A DNA stretch of 64,000 nt from Chlamydiia bacterium (GTDB lineage Bacteria; Chlamydiota; Chlamydiia; Chlamydiales; 2-12-FULL-49-11), in the NCBI GenBank assembly GCA_044359535.1, contig JBIKLZ010000002.1, positions 42,479 to 106,478 on the forward strand, given 5' to 3'. Below are positions 8,733 to 19,096 of the stretch, one piece after another. The notes under the pieces were generated by a model. It made no database searches. It was not told where the DNA came from and worked only from the letters and a program-made list of their open reading frames with translations. Each line of letters begins with the position of its first letter. Within the stretch, counting starts at the first letter, position 1. The translations under genes and the position numbers were made by a program.

Positions 8733-9215
8733 ATGAAGAAGCCTTTTATTGATGAGCCTACCTATGTTGAAGATGAAAGGGGTTATTTTCATCAGGTGAT
8801 TGAGAACAGTGTTATGGAAATTGCCCAAGTAAATCACTCATTTTCAGTCAAAGGGGTGTTACGGGGGATGCATTTTCAAAAAGGGCAAGAAAAGTATGTC
8901 TATTGCCCCATAGGGGAAATTTTCGACGTTATTGTTGATATAAACCCTGAATCTGAGACATTTATGCAGTGGACCGCAACCATTCTTTCCGGGAAAAATC
9001 GTAAAAAGCTTTTTATTCCGGAACATTACGCCCATGGATTTTATACCCTTTCTGACACAGCTCATGTAGTTTATGCAGTATCAACAAGGTATAATCCTAA
9101 AAAAGAGGGTTTGTTTAATGCCTTTGACGTGGATGTAAATATACAGTGGCCAGAAAAAAATGTTATCAGATCGTTTAAAGACAAAAAGGCCCCTTCATTT
9201 AAAGAGGGGATCTAA
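8733..9215 (+). CDS. rfbC: dTDP-4-dehydrorhamnose 3,5-epimerase
   Basis: DERGYF, NHSFSVKGVLRGMHFQ, AHGFYTLSD. Confidence 0.95.
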   Translation: MKKPFIDEPTYVEDERGYFHQVIENSVMEIAQVNHSFSVKGVLRGMHFQKGQEKYVYCPIGEIFDVIVDINPESETFMQWTATILSGKNRKKLFIPEHYAHGFYTLSDTAHVVYAVSTRYNPKKEGLFNAFDVDVNIQWPEKNVIRSFKDKKAPSFKEGI

Positions 9216-10079
9216 ATGCTTGTCTGGGTTGTTGGGAAAAATGGCCTTGTTGGACAAAGTGTGATGAACGCTTTATTCGATGCTGTGGGCTCTTTAAGAA
9301 GTCAGGCAGATGTCACGGATCCTAAGGCTTTAGAGGAGTTTTATAAAGAGTATAAACCGACCCATATTATCAATTGCTCAGCAATTGTTCATGTCGATAA
9401 GGTAGAGCATGAATATGCCAACCTTGCTAAAAAGATCAATGTGGATGGGGTTGAAAATCTAGCAAAGGTAGCAAAAAAAAACCGCGCAAAACTCATTCAC
9501 ATCAGTACAGATTATGTCTTTGATGGGGAAAAAGAAGAGGCTTATAGTGAAGAGGATCAAAAAAAAGCGGTAAATGTCTATGGACAAACAAAGCTTCTTG
9601 GGGAGCAAAGGCTTTTTGATATCCTCCCTTCAGCTGTGTGTGTCCGCACTGCAAGTGTCTATGGATATGGAAAAGATGGCCTTATTGAGTCGATGAAACA
9701 CTATTTGGAGGAAAACAAAAGGTGCCTATCTCCCATTGATCAAGTCTCTACTCCAACATGTAGTGAGGATCTTGCAACCGCTATTTTATCTCTTTTAGAT
9801 AAAGAGGGGGTATTTCATTTTGTAAACAAAGGATTTTGTTCCCGTTTTGAACTGTTAACCTTTATAAAAGAGCTTATGGACACATATCAGCTCCCTTATG
9901 CCTGCACCCATATTGAACCTGTACTTCAAAAAGACCTAAAAAGGGCGGCCCTTCGACCTTGTCGCTCTGTGTTATCGACAAAAAAGATAGAAGAGGTTTT
10001 AAAGGGACCTATTCGATCATGGCAGGAGGGGGTAGAAGAGTATTTTGCCCGTCGATGGGGGAAGGGTACAAGAAAATGA
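9216..10079 (+). CDS. rfbD: dTDP-4-dehydrorhamnose reductase
   Basis: GKNGLVG, HISTDYVFDG, YGQTK. Confidence 0.93.
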   Translation: MLVWVVGKNGLVGQSVMNALFDAVGSLRSQADVTDPKALEEFYKEYKPTHIINCSAIVHVDKVEHEYANLAKKINVDGVENLAKVAKKNRAKLIHISTDYVFDGEKEEAYSEEDQKKAVNVYGQTKLLGEQRLFDILPSAVCVRTASVYGYGKDGLIESMKHYLEENKRCLSPIDQVSTPTCSEDLATAILSLLDKEGVFHFVNKGFCSRFELLTFIKELMDTYQLPYACTHIEPVLQKDLKRAALRPCRSVLSTKKIEEVLKGPIRSWQEGVEEYFARRWGKGTRK

Positions 10080-11032
10080 AGATCTTAGTTACTGGGGGCT
10101 ATGGCTTTATGGGCTCAGACTTTATTCGATGTCTTTTAGAAGGATCGGATTGGGAAATTGTTAACATAGACCTTTTAACCTACGCAGGGAATAAAAACAA
10201 TCTTTTACAGAGCCCCCGTCTTCAATCCTATATTAGAGATATTTGTGATAAGGATTTTCTAGAAAGGTTGTTTGCCACCCACTCTTTTGATGCTGTGGTT
10301 CATTTTGCCGCTGAAACTCATGTAGATAGAAGTATTGAAAACCCACTCCCTTTTATCCATTCAAATATTTTGGGGACCATCCATTTACTTCAAATCCAAC
10401 AAAAGTATCCAAAAACACATTTTCATTATATTTCAACCGATGAGGTTTATGGGGATCTTTCAGATTCAGAACCAAGCTTTACTTTAGATGCCCCTTTCCA
10501 TCCAAGCTCCCCATATGCAGCCTCTAAAGCTTCTGCAGATCTGTTTTGTCAAGCCTATAGAAGAACCTATGGAGCAAGTGTGACTATTTCTAGATCCGGT
10601 AATAACTTTGGCCCCTATCAAAATCAGGAGAAATTAATCCCTTCGATGACGATTAAAGCGTTGGCAGGAGAAGATTTAACCCTTTATGGAGATGGAAAGA
10701 ATAAAAGGGATTGGTTGTTTGTTAGGGATCACTCTATAGCTATTATGAAGATTCTTAAGAGAAGGGCATTTGGTGAGATCTATCATATTGGAAGTGGCTA
10801 TGAAAGGACTAACATTGAAGTATGTGAAGCCATTTGTGAAGAAATCTTTAGGCAAACAGGGAAAAGGTCAGAAAGTAAGATCACTTTTATCCAAGATCGA
10901 AAGGGTCACGATCGTAGGTACAGTTTAGAGGTAAAAAAGACTCAAGAAATCCTTGATTTTTCTCCTAAAGTAGCATTTAATGAGGGAATCAAGTATGTTG
11001 TATCTTCACTTTTACACAAGAGCCAGCTGTGA
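10076..11032 (+). CDS. rfbB: dTDP-glucose 4,6-dehydratase
   Basis: MKILVTGGYGFMG, HFAAETHVDRSI, STDEVYG, YAASK; start at ATGA overlap 10076. Confidence 0.95.
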   Translation: MKILVTGGYGFMGSDFIRCLLEGSDWEIVNIDLLTYAGNKNNLLQSPRLQSYIRDICDKDFLERLFATHSFDAVVHFAAETHVDRSIENPLPFIHSNILGTIHLLQIQQKYPKTHFHYISTDEVYGDLSDSEPSFTLDAPFHPSSPYAASKASADLFCQAYRRTYGASVTISRSGNNFGPYQNQEKLIPSMTIKALAGEDLTLYGDGKNKRDWLFVRDHSIAIMKILKRRAFGEIYHIGSGYERTNIEVCEAICEEIFRQTGKRSESKITFIQDRKGHDRRYSLEVKKTQEILDFSPKVAFNEGIKYVVSSLLHKSQL

Positions 11033-11751
11033 AGATTGTTTGTATCATCCCTGCAAGAGTTAACTCCCAAAGATTTCATAAAAAGATCTTTGCTCAACTG
11101 GGGGACAAAACCCTCCTTGGAACCACAATTGAGGCTGCAAAAAAAGTCTCCCTTTTTGATGAGGTCATTGTGGCAGGATGCAGTCAAGAAGTGGTCGATC
11201 TTGCCCATGCCCATGGGGTTAAAGGGGTTATTACCGATCCTTTACTTCCAAATGGCACTTTAAGGATGATTGCAGCCATAGAAACCCTTGGGATAACAGC
11301 CGAGTATTTTGTCAATTGGCAGGCGGATGAACCCTTTATCAATGAAGAGGTGATAATGAGTTTGATGAGCGGGGTAGGCAACTGCGATATTTGGACTTTA
11401 AAAAAGGAAATTGATAAAAAAGAGGGGGAGGAGCCCTCTGTTGTAAAAGTTGTCACTGATATAGAAGGAAAAGCTCTATACTTTTCCCGATCTTTAATCC
11501 CTTATGAAAGGGGGGATGGGGCTAAGTACTTTAAACATATTGGGTTGTATGCATTTACAAAAAGTGCCCTAGAAAGGATAAAAGGGCTAGAAAAATCTTT
11601 TTTGGAAGGGGTTGAAGTGCTAGAGCAGCTTCGGTGGTTAGAGCATGGTTTAACAATCAAATTGTCAGTCACTTATGAGAATTTGATGGGGATTGACACA
11701 GAAAAAGACCTTTTTGTTGCACATACTTTTAAATCAACGATAAATAGTTGA
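11029..11751 (+). CDS. kdsB: 3-deoxy-manno-octulosonate cytidylyltransferase
   Basis: IIPAR..S.RF..K, VNWQADEP, ALYFSRSLIP, KHIGLY, LEQLRWLE. Confidence 0.95.
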   Translation: MKIVCIIPARVNSQRFHKKIFAQLGDKTLLGTTIEAAKKVSLFDEVIVAGCSQEVVDLAHAHGVKGVITDPLLPNGTLRMIAAIETLGITAEYFVNWQADEPFINEEVIMSLMSGVGNCDIWTLKKEIDKKEGEEPSVVKVVTDIEGKALYFSRSLIPYERGDGAKYFKHIGLYAFTKSALERIKGLEKSFLEGVEVLEQLRWLEHGLTIKLSVTYENLMGIDTEKDLFVAHTFKSTINS

Positions 11752-11802
11752 AGTGTAAAGCTTATTTATTTACAATGTTAGCAAAGAATAAAGGATTTTT
11801 TT

Positions 11803-12618
11803 ATGCATGAGCTTTCCGCTTATTTTTTTTGTAAAATTATAGTCCCTGTTACCCAAGAGGACACCGATCCTGATTCTCAATTATTAGCACCTAATCAATT
11901 TAGGTATCCAGTACCAAACGGTAAAAAGTTATTTCAGATTACAGCAGAAACTCCACGCACTTGTAAAAAAGACTTATCCATAGCAAAGATTTGTGGGGAG
12001 CTTTTTCTTTATAAGCATGATTCAAATTCTGTAAAAGGGAGGGTTACTCACTGGGGGCATTCTTTTGTATTAGCTTTTTATAGCGTTGTCCATAATCTTT
12101 TTATAAAGTGTATAAAGGTGCTGTTTATTAAATTCTTTTCTTTAGTAGGGGTACAATTTAAGCCCATTGTAAAGGAGAATGCAGATAGAATGTGGAAAGC
12201 AGGCTCTCCGTGGAAAGCGCTTCTTGTGATCATCCCTCAAATGATACTGGGAATTTTTGGTTTTTTAAGTTGCGGCTTTTTATCGGTAAGGATAAATAGA
12301 TGTATCAATTTCTTAGAACGTTGGTCGTTAGGTATGACTCATAAAGACTTAAAGGATTTATCTTTACGGAAACGGGTAATGTGTTATGATGTCATGCTCC
12401 CTTGTCATATGCCTTGGGTAGCTTTAAAAGAGAATGAGGTTATATTGGGAGCATTTAATCAAAAGCAACAGCAGCCTATTGGAATCAGCTTAACAAGGGA
12501 TGTTGAAGAAGGATTGATTAGGAGCTATCTGTGGCAGTTTATGGATGACAAGTATAAGATTAATAAATCTGTACCGCAAGAAGATATTTGTTTGGATGTA
12601 AATGCTTTAAGGGGGTAG
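11803..12618 (+). CDS. Hypothetical membrane protein with two hydrophobic segments (Inc-like), paralog of next gene
   Basis: Shares HNxFxKCIxVL and DRMWKxGxPWKAL..GFLS with 12624..13448. Confidence 0.55.
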   Translation: MHELSAYFFCKIIVPVTQEDTDPDSQLLAPNQFRYPVPNGKKLFQITAETPRTCKKDLSIAKICGELFLYKHDSNSVKGRVTHWGHSFVLAFYSVVHNLFIKCIKVLFIKFFSLVGVQFKPIVKENADRMWKAGSPWKALLVIIPQMILGIFGFLSCGFLSVRINRCINFLERWSLGMTHKDLKDLSLRKRVMCYDVMLPCHMPWVALKENEVILGAFNQKQQQPIGISLTRDVEEGLIRSYLWQFMDDKYKINKSVPQEDICLDVNALRG

Positions 12619-12623
12619 GGAAA

Positions 12624-13448
12624 ATGATAGAAAGCACAGTTAATGTTTCTATCTATACACAAACTTGTCGCAACGCAATTAGGGGAACATCTGCTGCATA
12701 TAATAAAGATTTTTATAAAAAGGAGCTTGAAGAAAAACCATTAGAAGAATGGGAATGTGTTTTTGTCTCTTCAAAAAATCAAGAAGATAACTATATTTAC
12801 GGCGTTAGAAAGTTGTTAGATGAGCCTGCAGAAGGACAAAATAGCACTCATTTAATTCTAGCAACGCGTACTTTTGAAGGGCGTCAATATCTATATGCAC
12901 CTTCAAATCGTAAGGACTTTTTTATTGAGTGGGGTAAAGGGTTAGGTATGCTTTTCAGCAATATCTTTCATAATATTTTTTTTAAATGTATTGGAGTCTT
13001 AGTTTGTAAATTTCTTATTGTCTCTGGAGTAGGGTTTAAAAAATCGTTTTGTGAAGAAGTCGATAGGATGTGGAAAGAGGGGACACCATGGAAAGCATTA
13101 ATTGCCCTAGTGGTTCAGATTGGATTAAATTGTTTGTCCTTCATTTCATTTGGATTCTTAAGTAGAGAGCTCAATAGAATCTCGGGGTATGTGGAGTTAA
13201 AGACATTAGGGGATCAATGTTCGCAAAAAACCTATACAAGTAGAATAAAAGTGGGATGGTATGCAGCCCCTTGTGAATCCCCCCGCGCTATTTTATCTGA
13301 GGGGATATCAATAAAACCAAATGAGACGGTTAATATAAAAGAAATTGTTTCTCCTGATCAGCTTCGTTATTTTGTTCAAGCGATGTTGCACCCAGAGTAT
13401 AAAAAAAGTATTCCCAAAGACTACGTCAACTTTCCTAAGGTTAAATAA
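12624..13448 (+). CDS. Hypothetical membrane protein (Inc-like), tandem paralog
   Basis: Same motifs as preceding gene; start moved to MIESTV. Confidence 0.55.
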   Translation: MIESTVNVSIYTQTCRNAIRGTSAAYNKDFYKKELEEKPLEEWECVFVSSKNQEDNYIYGVRKLLDEPAEGQNSTHLILATRTFEGRQYLYAPSNRKDFFIEWGKGLGMLFSNIFHNIFFKCIGVLVCKFLIVSGVGFKKSFCEEVDRMWKEGTPWKALIALVVQIGLNCLSFISFGFLSRELNRISGYVELKTLGDQCSQKTYTSRIKVGWYAAPCESPRAILSEGISIKPNETVNIKEIVSPDQLRYFVQAMLHPEYKKSIPKDYVNFPKVK

Positions 13449-13457
13449 TTTTTAGAG

Positions 13458-13486
13458 TTGAGGGTTATCTAAAGAACCTCTACAAT
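13458..13486 (+). promoter_or_regulatory. Putative promoter of the suf operon, leaderless geometry
   Basis: TTGAGG-17 nt-TACAAT-7 nt-ATG. Confidence 0.55.
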
Positions 13487-13493
13487 AGGAATC

Positions 13494-14933
13494 ATGACAA
13501 CTCAAGAAATTTTAAGAGAAAAGGAGAGCTATAAATACGGCTTTCACACAGACATTGAATCAGAAGTGTTTGAAAAGGGGCTTTCTGAAGAGATCATTCG
13601 AAAAATTTCTTCTATGAAACAAGAGCCAGAATTCATGTTGGAATTCCGGTTAAAAGCGTATAAAAAATTTTTAGCAATGACTCCCCCCTCTTGGAGTAAT
13701 ACCACGTTCCCTCCAATTGATTTTCAAGATATTTCATATTATGCCGCTCCGAAAAATAAGCCCAAACTTGCCCATTTGGATCAGGTAGATCCAGAGATTC
13801 TCCGCACCTTTGAAAAGTTGGGGATCCCTTTAGAGGAGCAGAAAAGATTGGCAAATGTAGCCATCGATGTGGTCTTTGATTCCGTTTCTTTAGGGACCAC
13901 CTTTCATAAGGTCCTTGAAGATGCAGGGGTCGTTCTTTGTTCCATCTCTGAAGCTATACAAAAATACCCAGAAATTATAGAAAAATATTTAGGAAGTGTT
14001 GTCCCCATCGGCGATAATTTTTATGCCGCTTTAAACTCTGCTGTTTTTTCTGATGGATCATTTGTCTATGTCCCAGAAGGGGTAAGGTCCCCTATTGAAT
14101 TATCCACCTATTTTAGGATCAATGAAAAAGAGACAGGACAATTTGAGAGGACATTAATTATTGCTGAAAAGGGCTCATATGTAAGTTATTTAGAGGGGTG
14201 TTCAGCTCCTGCCTATGATAAAAATCAATTACATGCAGCTGTAGTTGAGCTTGTTGCTTTTGACCATGCAGAGATTAAGTATTCTACCGTTCAAAATTGG
14301 TACAGTGGAGATCCAAAAACAGGTAAGGGGGGGATTTACAACTTTGTAACAAAAAGAGGGCGGTGTAAAGGGTATCGTTCAAAAATTTCCTGGGCTCAAG
14401 TAGAAGCTGGAGCCTCTATTACATGGAAATATCCAGGGTGTATCTTAGAGGGGGATGAGTCTGTAGGAGAGTTTTATTCTGTGGCTTTGACAAATGGCTT
14501 CATGCAAGCTGATACTGGGACAAAGATGATCCACAAAGGAAAAAACACCTCTTCTACCATTATTTCAAAAGGGATATCGGCGGATAACTCTCATAACACC
14601 TATCGGGGCCTTGTTCATGTCTCTTCAAAGGCAAAAAATGCTCGAAATTACACACAATGTGATTCTATGCTTGTGGGAAACTCTTGCAGCGCTAACACCT
14701 TCCCTTATATTGATGTCCATAACAACACTGCAAGTATTGAGCATGAAGCCTCCACGTCAAAAATGAGTGAAGAGCAACTTTTTTACTTAGAATCAAGGGG
14801 CATTTCAAAAGAAAATGCCATTAATTTGATTGTTAACGGATTTTGCAAAGACGTCATAGCAAAGCTTCCCTTAGAATTTGCAGTAGAGGCAGAAAAATTA
14901 TTAACCTTAAAATTAGAACGGTCGGTGGGATAG
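13494..14933 (+). CDS. sufB: Fe-S cluster assembly protein SufB
   Basis: [39 protein letters not shown]. Confidence 0.98.
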   Translation: MTTQEILREKESYKYGFHTDIESEVFEKGLSEEIIRKISSMKQEPEFMLEFRLKAYKKFLAMTPPSWSNTTFPPIDFQDISYYAAPKNKPKLAHLDQVDPEILRTFEKLGIPLEEQKRLANVAIDVVFDSVSLGTTFHKVLEDAGVVLCSISEAIQKYPEIIEKYLGSVVPIGDNFYAALNSAVFSDGSFVYVPEGVRSPIELSTYFRINEKETGQFERTLIIAEKGSYVSYLEGCSAPAYDKNQLHAAVVELVAFDHAEIKYSTVQNWYSGDPKTGKGGIYNFVTKRGRCKGYRSKISWAQVEAGASITWKYPGCILEGDESVGEFYSVALTNGFMQADTGTKMIHKGKNTSSTIISKGISADNSHNTYRGLVHVSSKAKNARNYTQCDSMLVGNSCSANTFPYIDVHNNTASIEHEASTSKMSEEQLFYLESRGISKENAINLIVNGFCKDVIAKLPLEFAVEAEKLLTLKLERSVG

Positions 14934-15656
14934 ATGATGTTAGAGCTAGAAAATGTGTTTGTAAGAACTTCTGATACAGAAATTATAAACGATCTTTCAA
15001 TGAAAATAGAAAAAGGGAAGGTCTATGCAATTATGGGTCCTAATGGTGCGGGGAAATCCACACTTGCAAAAGCATTATCTGGACACCCTTTGTATGAAGT
15101 ATTGGGTAAAATCCTTTTTGATGGAGAGGATTTAACCTCTATGGAGGGAGAAGAAAGGGCAAAAAAAGGGTTGTTTGTCAGTTTTCAGTACCCTATAGAG
15201 ATTGCAGGTCTTTCATTTATTGATTTTCTACATGCAGCCTATCAAGGGGTTCATAAAGAAATTGAAAAAGGGGAATTTAGAAAATGGGTCGAAAAGATTG
15301 CTGTAGAAATGGAAGTAAACCCCTTATTTCTTGATCGTGGATTAAATGAAAGCTGTTCAGGTGGGGAAAAAAAGAAAAATGAGATATTACAGATGAAAAT
15401 TTTAGATCCAAAATGTGTTATTTTGGATGAAACCGACTCTGGCCTTGATATTGATGCGTTAAAAGTGGTTGCTTCAGGGGTCAATTCTTTTAAAAGAGGG
15501 GATAAATCGATAATTCTTATTACTCACTACCAACGCTTACTAGATTATATAGAGCCTGATGTGATTTTTGTCATGAAAGGGGGAAAAATTGTCAAAACTG
15601 GCGATAAAACTTTAGCCATGGAATTAGAAGAGATGGGGTATAGCCAATGCTTTTAA
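14934..15656 (+). CDS. sufC: Fe-S cluster assembly ATPase SufC
   Basis: MGPNGAGKST, SGGEKKKNEILQM, LDETDSGLDIDAL, ITHYQRLL. Confidence 0.97.
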   Translation: MMLELENVFVRTSDTEIINDLSMKIEKGKVYAIMGPNGAGKSTLAKALSGHPLYEVLGKILFDGEDLTSMEGEERAKKGLFVSFQYPIEIAGLSFIDFLHAAYQGVHKEIEKGEFRKWVEKIAVEMEVNPLFLDRGLNESCSGGEKKKNEILQMKILDPKCVILDETDSGLDIDALKVVASGVNSFKRGDKSIILITHYQRLLDYIEPDVIFVMKGGKIVKTGDKTLAMELEEMGYSQCF

Positions 15657-16762
15657 CCCTTCTTGAACAACCTTCTTCACAATCCTTTTTATCCGACCTA
15701 CAGATGAAGGCAAAGAAAAAGGCGTTAAGTAAAACCATTTCATTGAAAGGGATTTCTTTGGAACATTTTGAAGGGATTTCTTCAGAAGGGTTTTCATTTT
15801 CCGTTGAAGGGGAGGGGGTAGAGCTTCTTTCATTGGATCAAGCGTTACAAAAATATGGCCTATTTTTAAAAAATCGTTTTGAAAAAATGCTAGTCAAAGA
15901 AGAGGGCTTTTTCTCTTTATTCAATAGAGGGTGCAGTGATCAAGTCTTTTGTCTATTTGTCCATCACTCAACCCCTTTGATAAAAATAGCGCAACACTAT
16001 ATCAATAACAAAAAATTTTTCTCTCCACGGATTCAGATTTTTGTGGGAAAAGGGGTAAAAACCACCTTTTTTCATACAATGGAGGTACAAGGAAAGGATA
16101 ATTGTATTAATAGTTGTATCGACATTGCCCTTGAAAGGGAAGCTCAAGTCTCCTTTTTTGAAACAGGTACAATAGATCATGACAATGATCTTTTTTTAGA
16201 TACAAAAGTGACAGTAAAGCAAGGCGGCTGTTTTACTCATACAACTGGGACTTTAGGTTCAAGATCTTTTAAAAGTGAGATCTCTGCCTACCTTTTAGAA
16301 AAAGGGGCAAAAAGTCATTTACAGGGCTTTTGGAATGGATCAAAAGATGCAGATATTTCTTTTATTGCCCACACCTCCCATTTGGCTTATGAAGCAACAT
16401 CAAGGGAACACTATCAAGGGGTTTGTCACGATAAAGCAAGGGCAAGTTTTGAGGGGCAAATCTATGTGGATAAGGTGGCACAAAAAACAGATAGCTACCA
16501 GCTTTCTAAACATTTACTCATCGGAGAAAAGGCTTCGGGTTTTTCAAAACCTAATTTAGAGGTGTTTGCCGATGATGTAAAAGCATCTCATGGGGCCACA
16601 GTTTCGATGATCGATGAAGAGGCTTTATTTTATTTAATGTCGAGAGGCATTTCAAAACAAGGGGCTATAGATTTAGTAAAAAGGGCCTTTTTAGCTTTTT
16701 TTCTTAATGAAATTGGAGAAAAAGAAATTTATAAATCCTTTTTAAGGTTAATAGACCAATGA
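15647..16762 (+). CDS. sufD: Fe-S cluster assembly protein SufD
   Basis: KPNLEVFADDVKASHGATV, FYLMSRGI; operon position. Confidence 0.92.
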   Translation: MLLTLLEQPSSQSFLSDLQMKAKKKALSKTISLKGISLEHFEGISSEGFSFSVEGEGVELLSLDQALQKYGLFLKNRFEKMLVKEEGFFSLFNRGCSDQVFCLFVHHSTPLIKIAQHYINNKKFFSPRIQIFVGKGVKTTFFHTMEVQGKDNCINSCIDIALEREAQVSFFETGTIDHDNDLFLDTKVTVKQGGCFTHTTGTLGSRSFKSEISAYLLEKGAKSHLQGFWNGSKDADISFIAHTSHLAYEATSREHYQGVCHDKARASFEGQIYVDKVAQKTDSYQLSKHLLIGEKASGFSKPNLEVFADDVKASHGATVSMIDEEALFYLMSRGISKQGAIDLVKRAFLAFFLNEIGEKEIYKSFLRLIDQ

Positions 16763-17907
16763 AAGAGCATTTTCCAATTTTTTCAACAAGAAAAGAGCTT
16801 ATCTATCTTGATTCAGCAGCCACAACACACAAGGTTAGATCTGTAATTGATACAATGACCCGTTTTTATTCTCAAGAATATGGAACCGTTCACAGGGGAC
16901 TGTATAAAGAAGGATTAGAGGCGACACATCGACTAGAAAAAGTGCGAGAAAAAGTAGCCTATTTTATAGGGTGTGATGCACAAGAGGTGATTTTTACCCA
17001 TTCAGCAACTGAAAGTCTCAATTTAGTGGCCTATGCCTATGGAGAAAAACAGGTCAATGAGGGCGATGAAGTTTTGGTTTCTATCTATGAGCACCACTCC
17101 AACTATCTGCCATGGAAACTTCTTTGTGATCGGAAAAAGGCTTGCTTTATCCCCTTCACAGATCTTGAAGATTTTAAAAACAAGATCTCGAATAAGACAA
17201 AAATTGTGGCAATGACCCATCAATCAAATGTCATTGGGGCGTTAACCCCACTTAAAGAAATCATAAAAATAGCACACACTTTTTCTGCAGTGGTTGTTGC
17301 CGATGGTGCGCAAGTGGTGGGCCATCACAAAGTAAATATGAAAGATCTAGATGTTGATTTTTATGCTTTTTCAGGCCATAAAATGTATGGACCCACGGGT
17401 GTAGGGGTCCTTTTTGGAAAATACAACTTACTTGAAAAGATGGAGCCCTTTCATGGAGGGGGGGGGATGGTTGAAAGGATTGGATCGACAGTAACCTATA
17501 GAAAGCCTCCCCATAAATTTGAGGCAGGGACCCCGATGATTGCTTCTATTTTGGGTTTGGGAAGTGCGATAGACTTTATTCAAGAGATAGGATTAGAAAA
17601 GATTGAAAAAGGCGAGTATTGCCTTTCATCTCAATTGTATGATCAAATGCAAGGATCGGTCACATTTTTGGATCCACAATGTAAAGGTTCATCTATCCTA
17701 TCCTTTACAATTAATAGCCTTCATCCAGTGGATCTATCCACATTTTTGTCTTTAGAGGGGATTTCAGTGAGGGGAGGAAATCTGTGTGCTCAGCCTTTAC
17801 TAACACATTTAGGACTCGATGCTGTCCTTCGTATAAGTTTAGGGATCTATAATGATGAACAAGATGTTGAAAAATATATAAAGGCATTGAAAGCTTTATT
17901 AAAGTAA
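16759..17907 (+). CDS. sufS: Cysteine desulfurase SufS
   Basis: YLDSAATT, EHHSN, FSGHKMYGPTG, KFEAGTP, RGGNLCAQP (catalytic Cys retained). Confidence 0.93.
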   Translation: MKEHFPIFSTRKELIYLDSAATTHKVRSVIDTMTRFYSQEYGTVHRGLYKEGLEATHRLEKVREKVAYFIGCDAQEVIFTHSATESLNLVAYAYGEKQVNEGDEVLVSIYEHHSNYLPWKLLCDRKKACFIPFTDLEDFKNKISNKTKIVAMTHQSNVIGALTPLKEIIKIAHTFSAVVVADGAQVVGHHKVNMKDLDVDFYAFSGHKMYGPTGVGVLFGKYNLLEKMEPFHGGGGMVERIGSTVTYRKPPHKFEAGTPMIASILGLGSAIDFIQEIGLEKIEKGEYCLSSQLYDQMQGSVTFLDPQCKGSSILSFTINSLHPVDLSTFLSLEGISVRGGNLCAQPLLTHLGLDAVLRISLGIYNDEQDVEKYIKALKALLK

Positions 17908-17938
17908 AAGAGACTTAAAATATTTTAAGTCTCTTTTA
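17905..17938. terminator. Perfect 34-bp palindrome, probable bidirectional terminator between convergent genes
   Basis: TAAAAGAGACTTAAAATATTTTAAGTCTCTTTTA equals its own reverse complement. Confidence 0.75.
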
Positions 17939-17962
17939 TATTATACTAGCAACAATCGATGG

Positions 17963-19021
17963 TTACATCGTGTAGGAAAGGCCAAGGTATAGACCTGGAA
18001 TGTAAAAATCTCCAGCAACCCCATTGCCTTTTTTCTGAATGAGGTCTTTTCCTTGTTGTAATAAGGTGGTAATCCCCCCTTCTAAACGGAAAAGAGCAGG
18101 TTCATCAGCTGTAGGCTTAGAAACAAGAGAAAACCCGAGTTTATTTTCTTGATAAAATGAGTAGGAGCAACGGTCTAAAGCAGAGCTATGATCTTGGAGG
18201 ATGTCCCCTTCAGAGGGTTCAATTTTAAACTTTGTGAGGTATCCAAGAGTTTTTACTGCTTCAGATCCTTGTCTAAATCTATTTGAAATCATGAAGGCAA
18301 CATCTTTAGACTCAAAGAGGATGACCCCTGCTTCAATCTCTCCCCAAATACCCCCACCAACTGAGGACTGGTATCCTGTTTGGGTATTGGAAGCAGCACT
18401 TATTGAATCATCTAACCCTGTAATTGTACTTTTATAGTCTAAATAGCTATAAGAAAGGCCGTAATAACTTTGCAAGAATGATTTTTTATACTGTAGGGAG
18501 TACCCTGCTAAACCGATATAAATATTGGCTTGTGTAAGGGATTGATCGTAATGCATTGCTTGATACCCAATGGATTCGTTGTCTTTAGAAAAGACATCGT
18601 GCAAAAAGATCGCTTGGTCTTGGGTCTCTTTAAATTCTGAAAGTTCTGGATTTTTTTTGAAATAGGTCCCTTCAAGTCGGCACAGCAGTTCTGCATGCTT
18701 TACACTGATTAAAGAAAAGCCATAAAGGGCCATTGTTAAAGAGTTGTTTGGACTAATAGATCCTTGTGGATCAAAGGGAAGTGTCCCTCCAGGCACATAG
18801 CCTAGGTGGCCGATTTCAACATTAGAAACCGGTTTAATAGCTAAAATACCGACTCCAAAAGTATAGGAGATGTTATTATCTAAACCTACTGAATAGTCTA
18901 AAAATGGGTTGCGAGAAGGCTCTTGAGGAACTTCAGCTTTTGTGTTTTTATACATTGGCGATGGGGAAGCAAATCCTATTGAGGATATAAGTATGGTTGC
19001 TAATAAGTATTTCTTTTTCAT
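17963..19021 (-). CDS. Outer membrane beta-barrel protein, divergent MOMP-like family member
   Basis: Signal peptide; C-terminal GDFYIPGLYLGLSYTM parallels the GNYSMQGL ends of neighbouring genes. Confidence 0.6.
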   Translation of the reverse strand: MKKKYLLATILISSIGFASPSPMYKNTKAEVPQEPSRNPFLDYSVGLDNNISYTFGVGILAIKPVSNVEIGHLGYVPGGTLPFDPQGSISPNNSLTMALYGFSLISVKHAELLCRLEGTYFKKNPELSEFKETQDQAIFLHDVFSKDNESIGYQAMHYDQSLTQANIYIGLAGYSLQYKKSFLQSYYGLSYSYLDYKSTITGLDDSISAASNTQTGYQSSVGGGIWGEIEAGVILFESKDVAFMISNRFRQGSEAVKTLGYLTKFKIEPSEGDILQDHSSALDRCSYSFYQENKLGFSLVSKPTADEPALFRLEGGITTLLQQGKDLIQKKGNGVAGDFYIPGLYLGLSYTM

Positions 19022-19096
19022 TAAGTCTCCTAGACATTTTTTTTTTCACTGTAGAGATATATGTAAACGTTTGTTTCAATAGAGTCAATCTCTTTT

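Noticed and set aside
17458-17466. G9 tract in sufS (and G8 tracts at 25679 and 34769) as phase-variation switches
   Set aside because: G/C runs are common across the window, including core genes, and encode Gly/Pro in frame
17905-17938. Perfect palindrome as a MITE or operator
   Set aside because: Single copy between convergent stop codons; a bidirectional terminator explains it
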